Shown piece after piece: positions 51,260 to 64,000 of a DNA stretch of 64,000 bases (the stretch's first letter is position 1; the number at the start of each line of letters is the position of its first letter). The notes under the pieces were generated by a model. That model did not search any database and was not told where the DNA came from. It saw only the letters and a program-made list of their open reading frames with translations. Position numbers and translations under genes: made by a program. Source of the DNA: Botryllus schlosseri (Eukaryota); assembly GCA_051294905.1 (NCBI GenBank), contig CM119372.1, positions 28,646,001 through 28,710,000 of the forward strand, in the 5' to 3' direction.

Positions 51260-53246
51260 TGTCAACGATGTAATCTCGTTTCAGTCGTACATGACCGATT
51301 GTTATAGTATCAGCACCCATCGCAACAACACGTGAAAATAGATTTGTTTAGAGCAGGGGTTCTTAACTAGGGTTCTATGGACGCCTTGAGGGTACAAAGC
51401 ACCAAAGCATGGGGTACGAGATGCAGTGTGAAATTATACGATATTTAAGGTTCAAAATTATTTATTAAATCCACAAAAAGTAAAATATTTTGATGCGAAT
51501 TTATTCAACTCAAAATGTGTCAAGAGGTTTGTTGCTTTCAATTCGGATACCATCCCTCCGACAGACTAAGAGTTAAATATTTAACATTAGTTACAGAATA
51601 CAGTTTTAGCCTTCATCCCCACACCACTACCAGCCACTGTAGCGATAAATCTGATGTCGCTCGGTGACAGAGGAATGACGAATAGTTCGCGGCAAACTAG
51701 CACATAGTGATTTTGAAGCTCGGCGGTTTTTCAGAAAAGTGTCAATACTTTTTTAAAAAGTTCCCTGTCAATTTACGTGGCACCATAGTGTCATGTGACA
51801 ATTTTTGCATAGCAGAACAGTCAATCTGATACATTCATCATCACATCAAGTAACTCCCATATTTAGATAACTGTCGCAATGTAAGTGTGCTCTCTAGCGT
51901 TATTTTCTATTTTCTATTTTTTCTTTAATTGAATGATCATCACCGCTTGACTTCCTTTCTTTCAACATAAACTTTCCATTTCAATATTTCCAAAAGTAAA
52001 CTTTTGTACGTAAAGCGTCCCTCATATATCTTACTAAGCCCTGAAAAAAGTTCGTCGTGTTCTTCGGGCCAGAATATCGTTCCTACTTGATTACAACAAG
52101 CATGGCGTATTCAGACGGAAGTAAAGTGGGGGGGGGGGGTACTTGGATTTACTAACGATTTACGACGTCACAGAAACTTCGGACTGCGGGTAAACTTTTC
52201 TATGATTTGTTTGAAAATAAACTCTGCACACTTCCGCATTGTCAATGTAATTGACCAGGGGTGGTCAACCGTTTTGGTATTCACGGCCGCATTCCGATTA
52301 CTTACGGCCGCATTCCAGGACATAGCCGTGATGAACTAATTGGACGCGAAATACCCATGTTAAACTGTCTTTGTTTATTTCCGGTTAACTCCGGACTAAT
52401 CTACTTTTTCTTCCCGGTTTATTATACGCGCGGAAATCGCGACTAGTCATGTTTTGAATAGTCAGTGGGATTCGTTATCGCCGCGCATCAGCAATACTAG
52501 TTGTTGCACATATTACTTTCAAATACTGATCCTTTTTAAGCCTATATGTAATCAGATTCACCGGTAGAGTTGATGAAGGCAGTGTTTTCAAAAATCTAAG
52601 GCAAGGTATAAATCATGATGCATCTTCTTCGGTTCGGCCAATTGTTATTAGTCACTTTGTTGGATGTTGCTATTTCTTGACCTCCCATCAGGATTGTCGG
52701 TATAGTGGTAAGCTATTGGAATCGCCAAAACGTACCAGAGACAAATTTCTTTCGTGAGAAGCACAGGATTTCAAATTGGTACTTGTATATGGGGTGCATC
52801 ATTTTCCTCTGCTGATCGCATCTGTACTGTGTGGCTCAGAATGTGAAGGACGCTACTATATTAAAATCGATAAATGAAGTGTAGCATTAAATAAAATTTC
52901 AAGTTTCGTTACATCTCAAAAATTCGCGAGTCAAGTCGTAAATTCAATTTGCCTGTCAACGGCAGCCAATACAAACCTACTAATTGAATTACGTGTCACG
53001 GCCGCACAAATTTCCTTCTGCGACCGCAGGTTGCCAGTAATTGACCATCGCATCGAAGAGGTCAGGCACGATGGCCTTTAACGAATACAGAGGCATATGC
53101 ATGGATGCCAAACGCATTTTCACGCAGATCGTGTAGCACGCGTGATGATAGACAGACCTCGATAGTTCAATTCTCAAGTTCGTCGCCGGTAACATAACGT
53201 TGCGCCACAAGCATATATTTTAACGGCAGTGCCGACACCCTACAAC

Positions 53247-53419
53247 CAATGTTCCCTCTAATTTTTCACGAGTCTACGTACACTCACCAACTCACTGCGC
53301 GGTCCCTTGGACAACAGTGCGTAACGAGTAAAATGAATAGGTCATCACTTCGGCTTTTTTGTTCACGCCACACATTTTTCTGTGCGCGCGAGCACGCGTG
53401 CAGCTTAGAGGGAACATTG
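53247..53419. mobile_element. 173-bp hAT-type MITE
   Basis: TIR CAATGTTCCCTCTAA / TTAGAGGGAACATTG; perfect 8-bp TSD CCTACAAC. Confidence 0.9.
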
Positions 53420-53896
53420 CCTACAACCTAACAATTACAATGTAGATGGCTATGTTTGTAATTCGAATCTGTAAACGTGAAAAACTTAATTCAGTCTTCA
53501 AAGCATGCGATATGTCACAGTCATTTCGATGACGTGCAACCGCTGCAACCATATAGCATCATCACCGAGCTTCTATAGCTGCAATACTGACTACTAGACA
53601 GGCATCGTTACAAGTCGAACTCGAAGTGTATTCCTTCAGCTGCCCACATGTATGTCTGCTACCAAAACAATAACAGGAAACCATCGCCGGGCTCAATCAA
53701 GCATATCATAACACCACAAAAGCGAATTAAATGGGGATATTGATTGCATGCATGGCAGCAATTTTGATTTCTCAATGTACAAACTTCAAATCGAGCCCGA
53801 TTTAGATTATTGATCGTTTGAATTATTTAGCATAATTTTGAAATTTCGCAGAAATCTCTAGCGGCACCATTGCGAGACGTGAATGACACACTAGTG

Positions 53897-56205
53897 CAGT
53901 GGTTCTCAACCGAGGGTCCGCGAAGCATTTCAAGGGGGTCCACGAAGCCTCTAAATTTGCAAAATGGCTTATAACCTAATCTTTTTTTATATATATTAGC
54001 GGAATCACGAGGCAGTTTGTGTATCATTAAGCTAAACTTCGTGACTCACATCAACAGAAAGGCCGTCTGAGACGAAATGTTTTACTGTGAAAACTCATTT
54101 TAATTGCCAATAGCCTACTGATACAAACGTATTGATGTTTAGAGATATTTTTTTGGAAATAATGGAATTTTAAGAAGTAAGGTCGATCAGGTTGACAGGT
54201 GATTTCGAAATGTTTTTACAAATCCATTTTCACCTGTAATATACATAAACGCAATTCTAGAATAACTTCATGAGAAGCTGCTAGATCAGTAGTTCCCAAC
54301 CTTTTTCATCTCGTGCCTCCCTTGGCCGAAATTTAAGCCAAAATTCCCCCCTTAGGACAAATCTGCCCGATGATTAAAAAAGGTACCGAGTGTTTGTTTC
54401 TAGCAGTGCTGTAATAACACTTTGTAGACCTACAAAAACAATGGTCTTGGTCCCAATCAAACAAATTCTGAAAGGCTTGACTCAACAGACCCCCACACTT
54501 CTATTTGTGTTTTCGGCTTACCATGCACCAATCGCTAATATAACTGTTGTGAAAAATCACTATGCATAAATTTACTGGTCTCGCGATTTTTTCTCAAGTT
54601 TGCGTATGCATTTGGCCAATAATATTGGTACTTTCATATATAGGAGGGTTGACCAGACTACAGTCTGACTCGAGTCACCATTTTCTGATGACTCGACTTG
54701 ACTCAAGTCATTTTCTCAAAATATGGAAGCGACTCGACTCGACTCGACTCGAGACAATCTGGGTATTGACTCGACTTGGACTCGAGTCATTGTGCATGAC
54801 TCGATCCAAGCCATATGATTCCAGACTATAAGACGGTCAAGACCGACATTTCATTGTAATTTCGAAGAACAGTAAAGTGACCACCCTATTGGAATTTCGT
54901 CCATTGATCCTGGTATTTGACAATGCGACAAGAAACTGCTCAAAGTGAGGAAAATTAGTATATCATAAATCCAAATCATTCAATATCACCAAACAATGTT
55001 GACTGGAGTGTGACTTGGACTCGGACTCGAGACATAATACCATGACTCGGACTCGACCCTCTGCTCGGTGACTTGGACTTGGACTTGACTCAATGATGAA
55101 TTGAAAATGACTCGACTTGACTCGAGTCAAAACTATGAAAGCCTCGTGATTTGGTTACAGCCTTGATATATAACATACAAGTGATCAAGATTCTGGAGCT
55201 CATTGAAATTTAGGACACCCATTACGCTTCGGCAACATTGCACCAAGTTTAACATGTCTTTTTTCGATCGGGTAACTGTTCACTGAAAATAAAGCAAGGC
55301 TAGCGATCTCTTTGACTTGAATCGATGACGTTGGAATATTTTGTCACTGTCTGAAAATGTTGACTTGAAATTTCAGATAAATACTTTCACTAGAAGCCTT
55401 GTGATAGATACAGCACGAAATTTGCTCGCTTAGGATATATTTGATTGAGAAGCCGTCGCTGGCCTACAAGATTATCTTGCGAACTGCAGCACATCTGAAC
55501 TAATTTTTAAAAAATGGGGGGGGGGGAATTTGTATGTGAAAAAGAGATTTCAAATAGCATTTGAACATACTTTCAGCAAACAAAACAAACCATAAGGAGC
55601 ATACTTTCAGATATAACTGGTTGACTACATGGCAGTTCCGACATGAACAATTTAGGAAATCCAATTCTAAAGTGAAATTCCTCCCTAAAAATTGCAAAAT
55701 TCCCCCCAAGGCGGGAATTCCTCCCCGGTTGGGAACCACTGTGCTAGATAGATACGACTAGGCTTGACGTTATATGTTATTTTTAAAATGTGTTTCTCTA
55801 TTTTGGTGGCATTGCCATATATGTTGCGATCATACTTAGTGGTGTTATTGGAAGCACTTCCCGTTATTATTACATTCGCCACCACCTATATTTGTGGAAA
55901 TGAATTTTCGGCACTCGTTCATATCATATCGAAGGCGCGGAATTTCAAGAAACAACCACATATTAAAGAAATGTAGCTGCAGAATTCGCTTTGAAATAAT
56001 TTAAGTCTACTCAATTTCTACATAAATAGCATGATGTTAATATCAAGCTAAGTCATTTTGTTGCTGTTTATAGCTAGCCTATACAGTTATATTTGTACAA
56101 GAAAGATGACGGTTGCAGGTTATAGGGCTCAATTTGAACAAAGGGCGTGGTGGTCCGCGAGGGCCCAAAGGGGGTCTGCGGAGACAAAAAGGTAGAGAAC
56201 CACTG
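53897..56205. mobile_element. hAT-type MITE (1713-2730 family) with nested insertions
   Basis: CAGTGGTTCTCAACC / GGTAGAGAACCACTG; TSD CACTAGTG / CAGTAGTG; body homologous to 1713-2730. Confidence 0.85.
54287..55741. mobile_element. hAT-type element nested in 53897-56205
   Basis: CAGTAGTTCCCAACC / GGTTGGGAACCACTG; perfect TSD TGCTAGAT; contains a further GACTC-repeat element at ~54644-55165. Confidence 0.85.
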
Positions 56206-56646
56206 CAGTAGTGTGCCGCGGCACACCGGTTGAGAACCACTGGGCTAACACAACGACGGTGTGGTAGGCGGATAAAAATAAATAGCTAAGTCTTGGGTTC
56301 GTGAATTGCGTAATTTCGACTATATTCGCTGCGATAAAACTGTTTTTGTGAACCGTGCGTATAAGCCAGGGGTCGGGAACCTATCGGCGACCCCTTTATG
56401 ACGATGCATTTTTCAAATCCACATTGTCTTCCTGATCATCGGCGAGAAATGGACTCTCTTGGAAATTACATTCCTGAACACAAATTCAGCTTACAAATAT
56501 AGTCATACATAAAATCCCGATTGTTAGGTAGCTTGCTCGCAACGGCGTTAAAATGTAGGGTTGTAGCGCAACGTTATGTTAACGCCGAATAATTTGGGAA
56601 TTGTGTGTATAGTTAACCAAATGATGTCGCTTAACAATGGTATCCG

Positions 56647-56932
56647 GAAAGTGGCGAGATAGCGCAGTGGTATAATCCGCGGCTGCAACACCAATGGGTG
56701 CGGGTTCGAGTCCGACCGATGTCGACTTCCGAATTCCGATACCTAAGTGTTACGGGTTTACCTATGCTCCTCCTCGCCACCTCATCTGCGTCAGCGGTGT
56801 CTTACTAAAGCCTAGAGGCGGGCCTAGCCGTGCTATAAGTCGGCAGTTACGGAAAATGAGAAGAATATCGGCCTGGTGTAAATGAATATAGTAGTCAACA
56901 AACACCATAAATACCCCCAAAACAAACAAACA
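56647..56932 (+). mobile_element. Full-length tRNA-derived SINE
   Basis: Head GTGGCGAGATAGCGCAGTGG (A box)...GGTTCGAGTCC (B box), (AAAC)n tail, 11-bp TSD AATGGTATCCG (56636-56646, 56933-56943). Confidence 0.9.
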
Positions 56933-58013
56933 AATGGTATCCGACGCTGAAGATTTTTCCCGGCCTGGAGCAACTGATTGAACAGCGCGTCACTGTCAGT
57001 AGAACAATTGAGATACGCTACCCTCGCGCGTGCTCAACGGATTCATTGGAAAGTCGCGTTATTGAAGAGTAAGCAGTTATATCGCACGTTTAGCGTCGTC
57101 TATGATTGTTGGTTTTGCTTTAAAGTGCACATCTTTATTCCTTTAAGTTTCAAAAAATATCACATGCTCTTAATGGAACAAAATGTACCATTCAAAAGGT
57201 TCCCGAACGATGCAGCGAGTTTAAAGTGGTTTAAAGTTTAAAGTGGTGGTGCCGTTTTCCATTTTGTCGGATGCTCAAATGTATCGTAACCGACTTGATT
57301 AGTGCGGGCGTTATAACATCACACCAGTGTTTACGCAGAAAATATGGCGCACGTGACGAATCCCATGTAGTCAACATTGATTTTGTGCCTCAATGACGTC
57401 ACGCATATTCGATTGTTACGTAACAATTGACAACGATGTATGGCTTTTTGTGAACTACAATTGAAAATTTTTGGCCAATATGGTCATTTTGTCGAAAAGT
57501 GTTCCCTGGTATAAACGATATATGGCGATGAAATGACCCATATGAATATATGGAATGGTTTTGGGACGAGATCCCACAAAAGCTATGTTGAAAACCCTAC
57601 GGAGGCCCAAGACTAGCGTTTGGGGGCGAGCTGGAAAAGTTTTGTCTTGATCTTGGATACCACAAGATTTCATGAAGGTTAACAAACATTGGTTGAGAGC
57701 AATATTTCTTCTCGTGCAAGTGCCATGGTGTTTCATAATTTCCTAGTATGCCACAAGTTGAAAATGGAAACCTCTGCACTGTGTAATCAAAGTGAATTAA
57801 TCGAGCGCGTAATACTGTTATAGCGCTTGGTTATGAGATCAATTTAATTGTTAATTCCACACGACTATTAATCATAGGTGTATGGGAGTAGTATGCGACG
57901 GATGCGGGCGCATCCCCTATCCAAATATCTGAGATTGTCACGAATTGACTTTTTTAGTTTCCTTACTATATTACAAAATCAGTGACAGAAACTTGTTTAA
58001 CAATATACAAGGA

Positions 58014-58058
58014 GCATATATTTAACGTAACGGGCATATATTTAACGTAACGGGCATA
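58014..58058 (+). repeat. 20-bp tandem duplication
   Basis: GCATATATTTAACGTAACGG x2 followed by GCATAT. Confidence 0.85.
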
Positions 58059-59303
58059 TTTCTGTCAAAACTACATTCATTGCAGTATTGAGTTATCAGA
58101 TCAATGACGTTTGATTCTTACGGAGTTAACGGCACCATGACAAGCGCACGAACAGAGAATCGAAGTCTTAATTTGAATTCCAGTTTTAGCATAATATTAT
58201 TATGATCAAATGTCCATTATGTCATCGATCGGTATCTTCTTCCAGATTAGCCTGGGACATGCATGGTTTGCATTTCTGTTCCTGGGAAATGTTTTCCCCT
58301 CAACTATATCCTGGTTTCTGTATATTATGACTACATTACTGTCCAGTGTCCCCTGTGTCATCAATCGGCATTGGGCAATCTTCCTCCAGATTAGCCTGGA
58401 ACACCCATGGCTGGCTTTTCCGCTCTGGCGCTCTTTAGAAACATTTTCCATATATGTAGATAGTAGATCCTGGTTTCAGCATATTATGACCGTTTCGCTG
58501 AACGCTATGTCGTAATGTCATCCAAGTTGGATGGTTGACTTTCCGCTCTTAGAAATATTTTCATCTTGTTTCGATCCCAGATTTCGTTATCTGAATCAAA
58601 TACGCCATCTTCTCGATGCGGCAAAGTCCATATTTTCGGCTTCTTCCACGTTTCAGAGTTGCTATCCAACATAAAAGATCATTTGCCCAATTTTCCGCCT
58701 CTTCTTTTTCTATAGCATAAAATACTCATTTGAACTGTTATGAAATTCTAATGATTTATACTGTGCTTGAAATTGAAACCTAATACCTTACTCATTCGGA
58801 ATCAAACCACTCAGAATTTGCCCAGCTTGTTATCATGCTGAACGTATGTCAGTAGATTACGTTAATTATCCAACATTTTCTTGCAAAGCAATAACTTGAA
58901 AAATCCAAAGTAATTCAAATCATTGACTAAATAAATAACTTATCAACTTTTATATGCCATCGCCAAGAACGACACGACAAGCTACTAGGATTACCTAGTA
59001 TATCCCTAGCTACTAGCTAGAGTGCTAGACGCTAACGCAGCTAGACCAAGCCCCGAACTACTGCCATCTCCGGCTAAGCAAATTTGCGTTGTCACCATGT
59101 TACAGTTGCATTGTGGGGGATAGGCTGGACGACTTAGTACAGGCGCTTATGGAAAAACGTACAGTTTTAAAATATATTTGATTCGTATTGGGTTTGTAGT
59201 ATTTTATTCGAATGGAGCTTTGAATGAATAATCATCGTAATATTCAGGATTTGTTTCAGCCCAATATCTCGTGTTTATATCTGTGTTATCTGTGTATTTC
59301 GAC

Positions 59304-62300
59304 ATGTCGAAGACATCTCGTTTTGGTGGTAGCGTTTGTTGCGCCTATGGGTGCAGTAAAAGGCAGAAAAAGATATCCACGGAGTCATATATGAGAAGTA
59401 ATAGCGATGGTAGTAGCGATGAAGAGTCTTTGGTAAAGCGTCGGCATCCAAGAACATTTCACCGGTGAGTGAATGGCAGAATATGCAGGGAAGCAAGACT
59501 ATCTTTGAAGAATCAGTTTCTATTTTCAATATTTCCTGACCATCACAGTTAATCAATGTCCAGATAAGCCACAGCATTAATGATTAGGCCATGTTAAAGT
59601 GTCATTATACCAGAACATTTTGTCACAAGTATATGGATGTTGGTATGATCAGAGCATATCAGACTATATCAGCAGTCTCAGCACCATGTCAGTTCATCAG
59701 TATACCTGTAATAGCATGACCAGCCAGGTCACTGTTTGTATTCTGTATGGGCAGTTCAGCCAATAACTTGCTTAGTACTCAATCCTTGCTTAAAATTGTC
59801 GTGAAGGTTGGAGTTAGGACTAGAAGGAAAGGTATAATTGAGGGCCACACGGTTTTGTCCAGCATAGTTGAGTAATAATTCTATATTTCCGGTGCCAGAT
59901 GCTCACACTAAAGTTCAAATTGCTAATTCCGTGGCCGAGTTCATTATAGCTTTGTACGTGCGAGACGTTCGATTTGTCTCGTAAGATGTTTTTTTTAGGT
60001 TTACCTTTGGCTTTAGATTTAAAAGGTTACCTAATAGTTTATCCTTCTGGGGTAGAAAGTAACAGATATATCTAAATCAAACAAGATAATTTCACATATG
60101 TTCCTGCTACTTTTATCATCGTTCATAACAGAGAATGGTCAATTTGGTGTGCTTCGTATCATAGAATTACTTGTGAACTGATACAATGTTCTCTACAACG
60201 CAGCTTTCCTACCAATGATTCCCTGAAAGAAAGATGGATAGAATGTATTAGAAGAAAAGACTGGGAGCCAGCAAGATCGTCGGTCATCTGCTCTGATCAT
60301 TTTTCAGAAAGTGATATTTACCGTGTTGGCGGGAGAATTCGTTTAAGGACGAATGCGGTGCCGACAAGATTTCTGAATTTTCCAAAATATATGAGGCCAA
60401 AGGTACGGTAGACACTAGACAGTGACTATATATTTATGAAGTTTGAGTTCCAATTACTATACCTTTATTTTAGCCCTAGTTAACATAAAATTCACAAATT
60501 TCAGGCTTCAAACAACCGACGAGTGAGACCTTCTGCAGTTCCAGATAAGAAACGGCAATATGAAGCACAAACCGCTGAACCTGAAGTAGTTCTTCACGAC
60601 CACAGCTACTGTGCGCACACGTCTCCTCGAAAAGTCGTTCAACAGCAACGCCGTAGGGTCGCAGAAATTAAAAAGAGGCTGGTTGCAGCCAGAATGAAAA
60701 CATACCGTCTGCAAAAAAAAGTGAAATCTCTGGATGAGGTCATTGCATCTCTTAAGAAGAACAATTTGATAAGCGATTCGTGTGTGGAGGTAATGTCACA
60801 AAAATTCAGTGGTCTACCAAGTGAGCTCTTGCAACGTATGAAGCTACAAGCTGGTGGAAGAGGAGTCAAATACTCTAAGGAACTGCAATCATTTGCAATG
60901 ACGCTTCAGTATTATTCCACCAAGGCATACAATTTTGTGCGTCAGAATTTTCAACTTGCTCTTCCCCATCCAAGTGTGATAAGACGCTGGTATGGAAAAC
61001 TTCCCGCTGAGCCTGGCTTTACTAGTATTGCCTTTTCTGCCATCAGAGGAAAAGTAGAGGCATCAGCAAATCCTGTAATATGCTCCATAATGATGGATGA
61101 AATGTCGATCCGCAAACAGGTTTTTTGGGATGGAAAACGATACCGAGGATATGTAGACATGGGTACTGACTGTGAGGATGATGATTCTTTGCCTCTTGCT
61201 AAAGATGCATTAGTTTTTATGGCTGTTTGTATCAATTCATCCTGGAAGATCCCGCTTGGATACTTTTTCATTAATGGTTTAACAGGATCGGAACGAGCAA
61301 ATTTGGTCAGAATTTGCATAAGCAAGCTTAATGAAGTGGGTGCAACTGTTGCTTCATTGACATGTGACGGACCTTCATGTCACTTCGCAATGCTTTCTGC
61401 ATTAGGGGCAAATATATCCTCCAGGAACATTGTGTCTAGTTTTACTAATCCATATTTACCCGATCATCAAATCCAAGTAATTCTAGATCCTTGTCACATG
61501 CTCAAACTAATCAGAAACTGCCTAGCAGAATGGGGTACTTTGCAAGATGGTAGTGGGCACCAAATTTCTTGGAATTTCATCATTTTACTGCAAAAACTCC
61601 AGGCATCAGAAGGCCTGAGACTTGGCAATAAGCTGAAGAAGTGTCATGTGGAATGGCAGCAGCAAAAGATGAAAGTGAATTTGGCTGCTCAAGCAATCAG
61701 CAGCAGTGTTGCTGATGCAATCGAATATTGTGATAAAAACCTCAAAATGAGATGCTTTCGGGGTAGTGCTGCTACCGTCAAGTTTTTGCGCAGTTTTGAT
61801 CGCCTTTTCGACATACTCAATTCGAGAAACCCGTTTGCAAAAGGGTATAAATCTCCTTTAAAGGAATCAAACCAGCACTTGTGGCGTCCATTCATGTATG
61901 AAATGATGGATTATATTGCCAAATTACAGGACCCCTCGGGAAAGCCCATTGTTGAATCTCGCAGGAAAACAGGATTCCTTGGATTTCTGGTTTGCATAAA
62001 GAGCACGCAGAGCCTTTTTGATCGCCTAGTGGCTACAAAAATAGTGAGGTACTTGCTGATGTACAAGTTCAGTCAAGATCATCTTGAGCTATTTTTTTGT
62101 GCTGTCCGTAAAGCAGGAGGCTTCAACAATAATCCTACTTGTCTGCAATTTACTGCTGCGTATAAAAGGTTATTGATGAAGTTGGGAATCCGTGCATCAT
62201 CAGGAAATTGCGAAGAAAGAGACGCAACCGCCATGTTGGACCTCTTGGATGATTTCAGGATTCAAGAAAGTGGACTCTCTCTTTCTTCTGCGACCTTGAT

Positions 62301-62883
62301 CAGAAGATACGACTTGGAAGCGAAACGACCTATGCAAGATGAGCATGACTACTCCGATGTTCCTAAAATAACAACTTTGTCTGAGTACAAAAATCAAGCT
62401 ATATCATACATTGCTGGCTATGTTGCCAAGTCAGTGGCTGAGCGATGTCTTTGCCCAACGTGTAAAGGGTCGCTCATGGTGGCTTCGGCAACCAGTGGCA
62501 GTTTCCTGCAATTCAAGAACAGGGGTGGCCTAACTAAACCATCTACTGGTGTTATTGCAATATGTGAGGAGGCTGAAAAATGCTTCCAGCGAATGATTCA
62601 TGTTACTTCTGGAAAGTTACCTCATTGCAAGGGCTTGATCAACGCCTTTGCCACTGCTATTCTGTCGAACATGTCTTGTAAATCACCAGCTTTCCCAGAA
62701 CTTGAAGACCATATTTATGACACCTCAGTTGGTGACGATCATATAATCACTCTGACAAAAGACATCGCCAAGACCTATTGCAAGATTAAATTCAAACATC
62801 TAGGAGTAGAATACAATCAAAGGACATCAGACAAGAACGTCCGCAGAGTGTTAACAAAGCTGATTCTCTTCAAAAATCAGTAA
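59304..62883 (+). CDS. P-element/THAP9-like DNA transposase; exons 59304-59464, 60204-60402, 60505-62883; 912 aa
   Basis: GT-AG joins restore one frame. THAP domain CCAYGC...FHRFP...W...ICSDHF...AVPT is split over exons 1-2. Exon 3 has P-transposase motifs MMDEMSIRK, LTCDG, DPCHMLKLIRN, KMKVNLAAQ, SQDHLELFF and NRGGL. No stops or frameshifts. Confidence 0.93.
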
Positions 62884-62982
62884 CTGCCACAGTTGTTCAG
62901 TCAACTTTCAGGTTGCTTGTTTTCAATTTGCTGATGATCTTCGCCAGCTCGAGGGCAACGACACGCTCAAAGTTCCCGCTTC

Positions 62983-63275
62983 ATTAAAGATTCAGGAAAT
63001 GTGTCGTTGTTTACCCAGACTGGCACCCCCGTGAAAGGGGGGGGTCACATTGTCAGTGAACCGCTGTGCTAGAGGATCTTCTGAACCTGACGCTATGATA
63101 TTCAAACCAGAGTCAACGGTTCAGTGGGATCGAATGACGTTCCCGGATATGAAAAGGTTTCAGCGTTGGCCGACTGCCTGCTAACTCACAGAGATTGTAC
63201 TTACTGTTTGAGTGAAGCGGTGGCAGCTCATATCATAACATTGTGGAACGACTTTCTCCCATACGACAAGCAATT
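62983..63275 (+). pseudogene. Relic of an uncharacterised transposon-associated protein gene
   Basis: IKDSGNVSLFTQTGTPVKGG, +1 frameshift in a G8 run, then VTLSVNRCARGSS; later VPGYEKVSALADCLL...IITLWNDFLPYDK. Resembles, from memory, conserved blocks of a family of uncharacterised animal TE-borne proteins; not verified by search. Confidence 0.45.
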
Positions 63276-64000
63276 GAGCAATCACATTCAGGACCGATGT
63301 ATAGGAAAGGAAATCCAGGCGGCCGATTCAAATCGACCAAGTCCCCTGGCGTGGTTGCTACACAGTAGTGCATCGACACTGAGGGAGTAAGGACATGGCG
63401 CACACGCGAAGAAAAAGGAACGATCCTTTCATCCGCATACGGCTTTGTAAGTTATTGTGGTTCAGTAACCCTCAGCGGTTTTATTTGATATTTTTGTAAT
63501 TAAAAGAGTCGCAATTTGGACATGCTACACAATCAATGGTCGGATCGACGTACCGCAACTTGGATGTGAGGATTCCTGAAGCCGGTGAGTTCGCTCCATG
63601 GCCATCGTATTTATTGATTCTACTCAAGCAGAGGTAGTTTAAAAACTTGAAGAAGTATCGCAAGAGAAGTACTTCTTAACTGACCACCTCTGGTCATTGC
63701 TAGGGCTTATAGTTGTGTCTCCAGAGTCGTAATGTCATGATAATATAAATTATGTGGAAAGCTCAAATCTTTATGTTTGAAAAAATTCCAAGAGTTGGTT
63801 CTATCTAGGCTATAGAACGTATTTAGGTGTTTTTTCGATCATGCGTATTTTATAGGCTTCCATTAAAATATATTCTCTACTAGCACAGATTGGGCATTAA
63901 TGTTATTTCATTAAGCTGGTTCTGTTACGGCGATTGACACCTTTGCCATATGTTCAATAATGAGGCTCAAGGTGATTCAATTGTTGAATTACCTTCACCC

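Noticed and set aside
56651..56722. Functional tRNA gene
   Set aside because: The tRNA-like head continues into a shared SINE body with tail and TSD; no proper acceptor stem evident.
60523..62883. 786-aa ORF as the complete protein
   Set aside because: Starts at GTG just after a splice acceptor (60504); the THAP domain is on two upstream exons.
63969..63996. Hairpin AAGGTGATTCAA-TTG-TTGAATTACCTT as the P-element end
   Set aside because: No matching terminus or TSD found upstream of the transposase; at the window edge and cannot be assessed.

Overview
Repeat-dense eukaryotic DNA, probably from an invertebrate metazoan (spliceosomal introns, tRNA-derived SINEs, hAT/piggyBac/CACT-type/P transposons); the species cannot be determined from the sequence. 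The main structure is a three-level nest at 4613-36016. An outer giant palindromic element has AGTAGT...ACTACT termini, a 6-bp target-site duplication (TSD) TCCATG, ~6.3-kb inverted arms and a 2.1-kb spacer. Its left arm is interrupted by a hAT-type element (7255-23926, TSD GTATCGAC). That hAT element in turn holds a second, related palindromic element (9129-23241, TSD CTCGAC, ~6.2-kb arms, ~1.7-kb spacer). Termini and TSD length match Polinton/Maverick elements, but no pPolB, integrase, ATPase, protease or capsid ORF is visible. With later insertions removed both elements are ~14-15 kb. The outer element carries a death-domain-only gene in its arms (one intact copy, one with a premature stop) and a C2H2 zinc-finger gene in its spacer. 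The rest of the window is nested MITEs, SINEs and decayed DNA transposons, plus an intact three-exon THAP9/P-element-type transposase gene (59304-62883). Coordinates were read by eye; TSD-defined boundaries are the most reliable.
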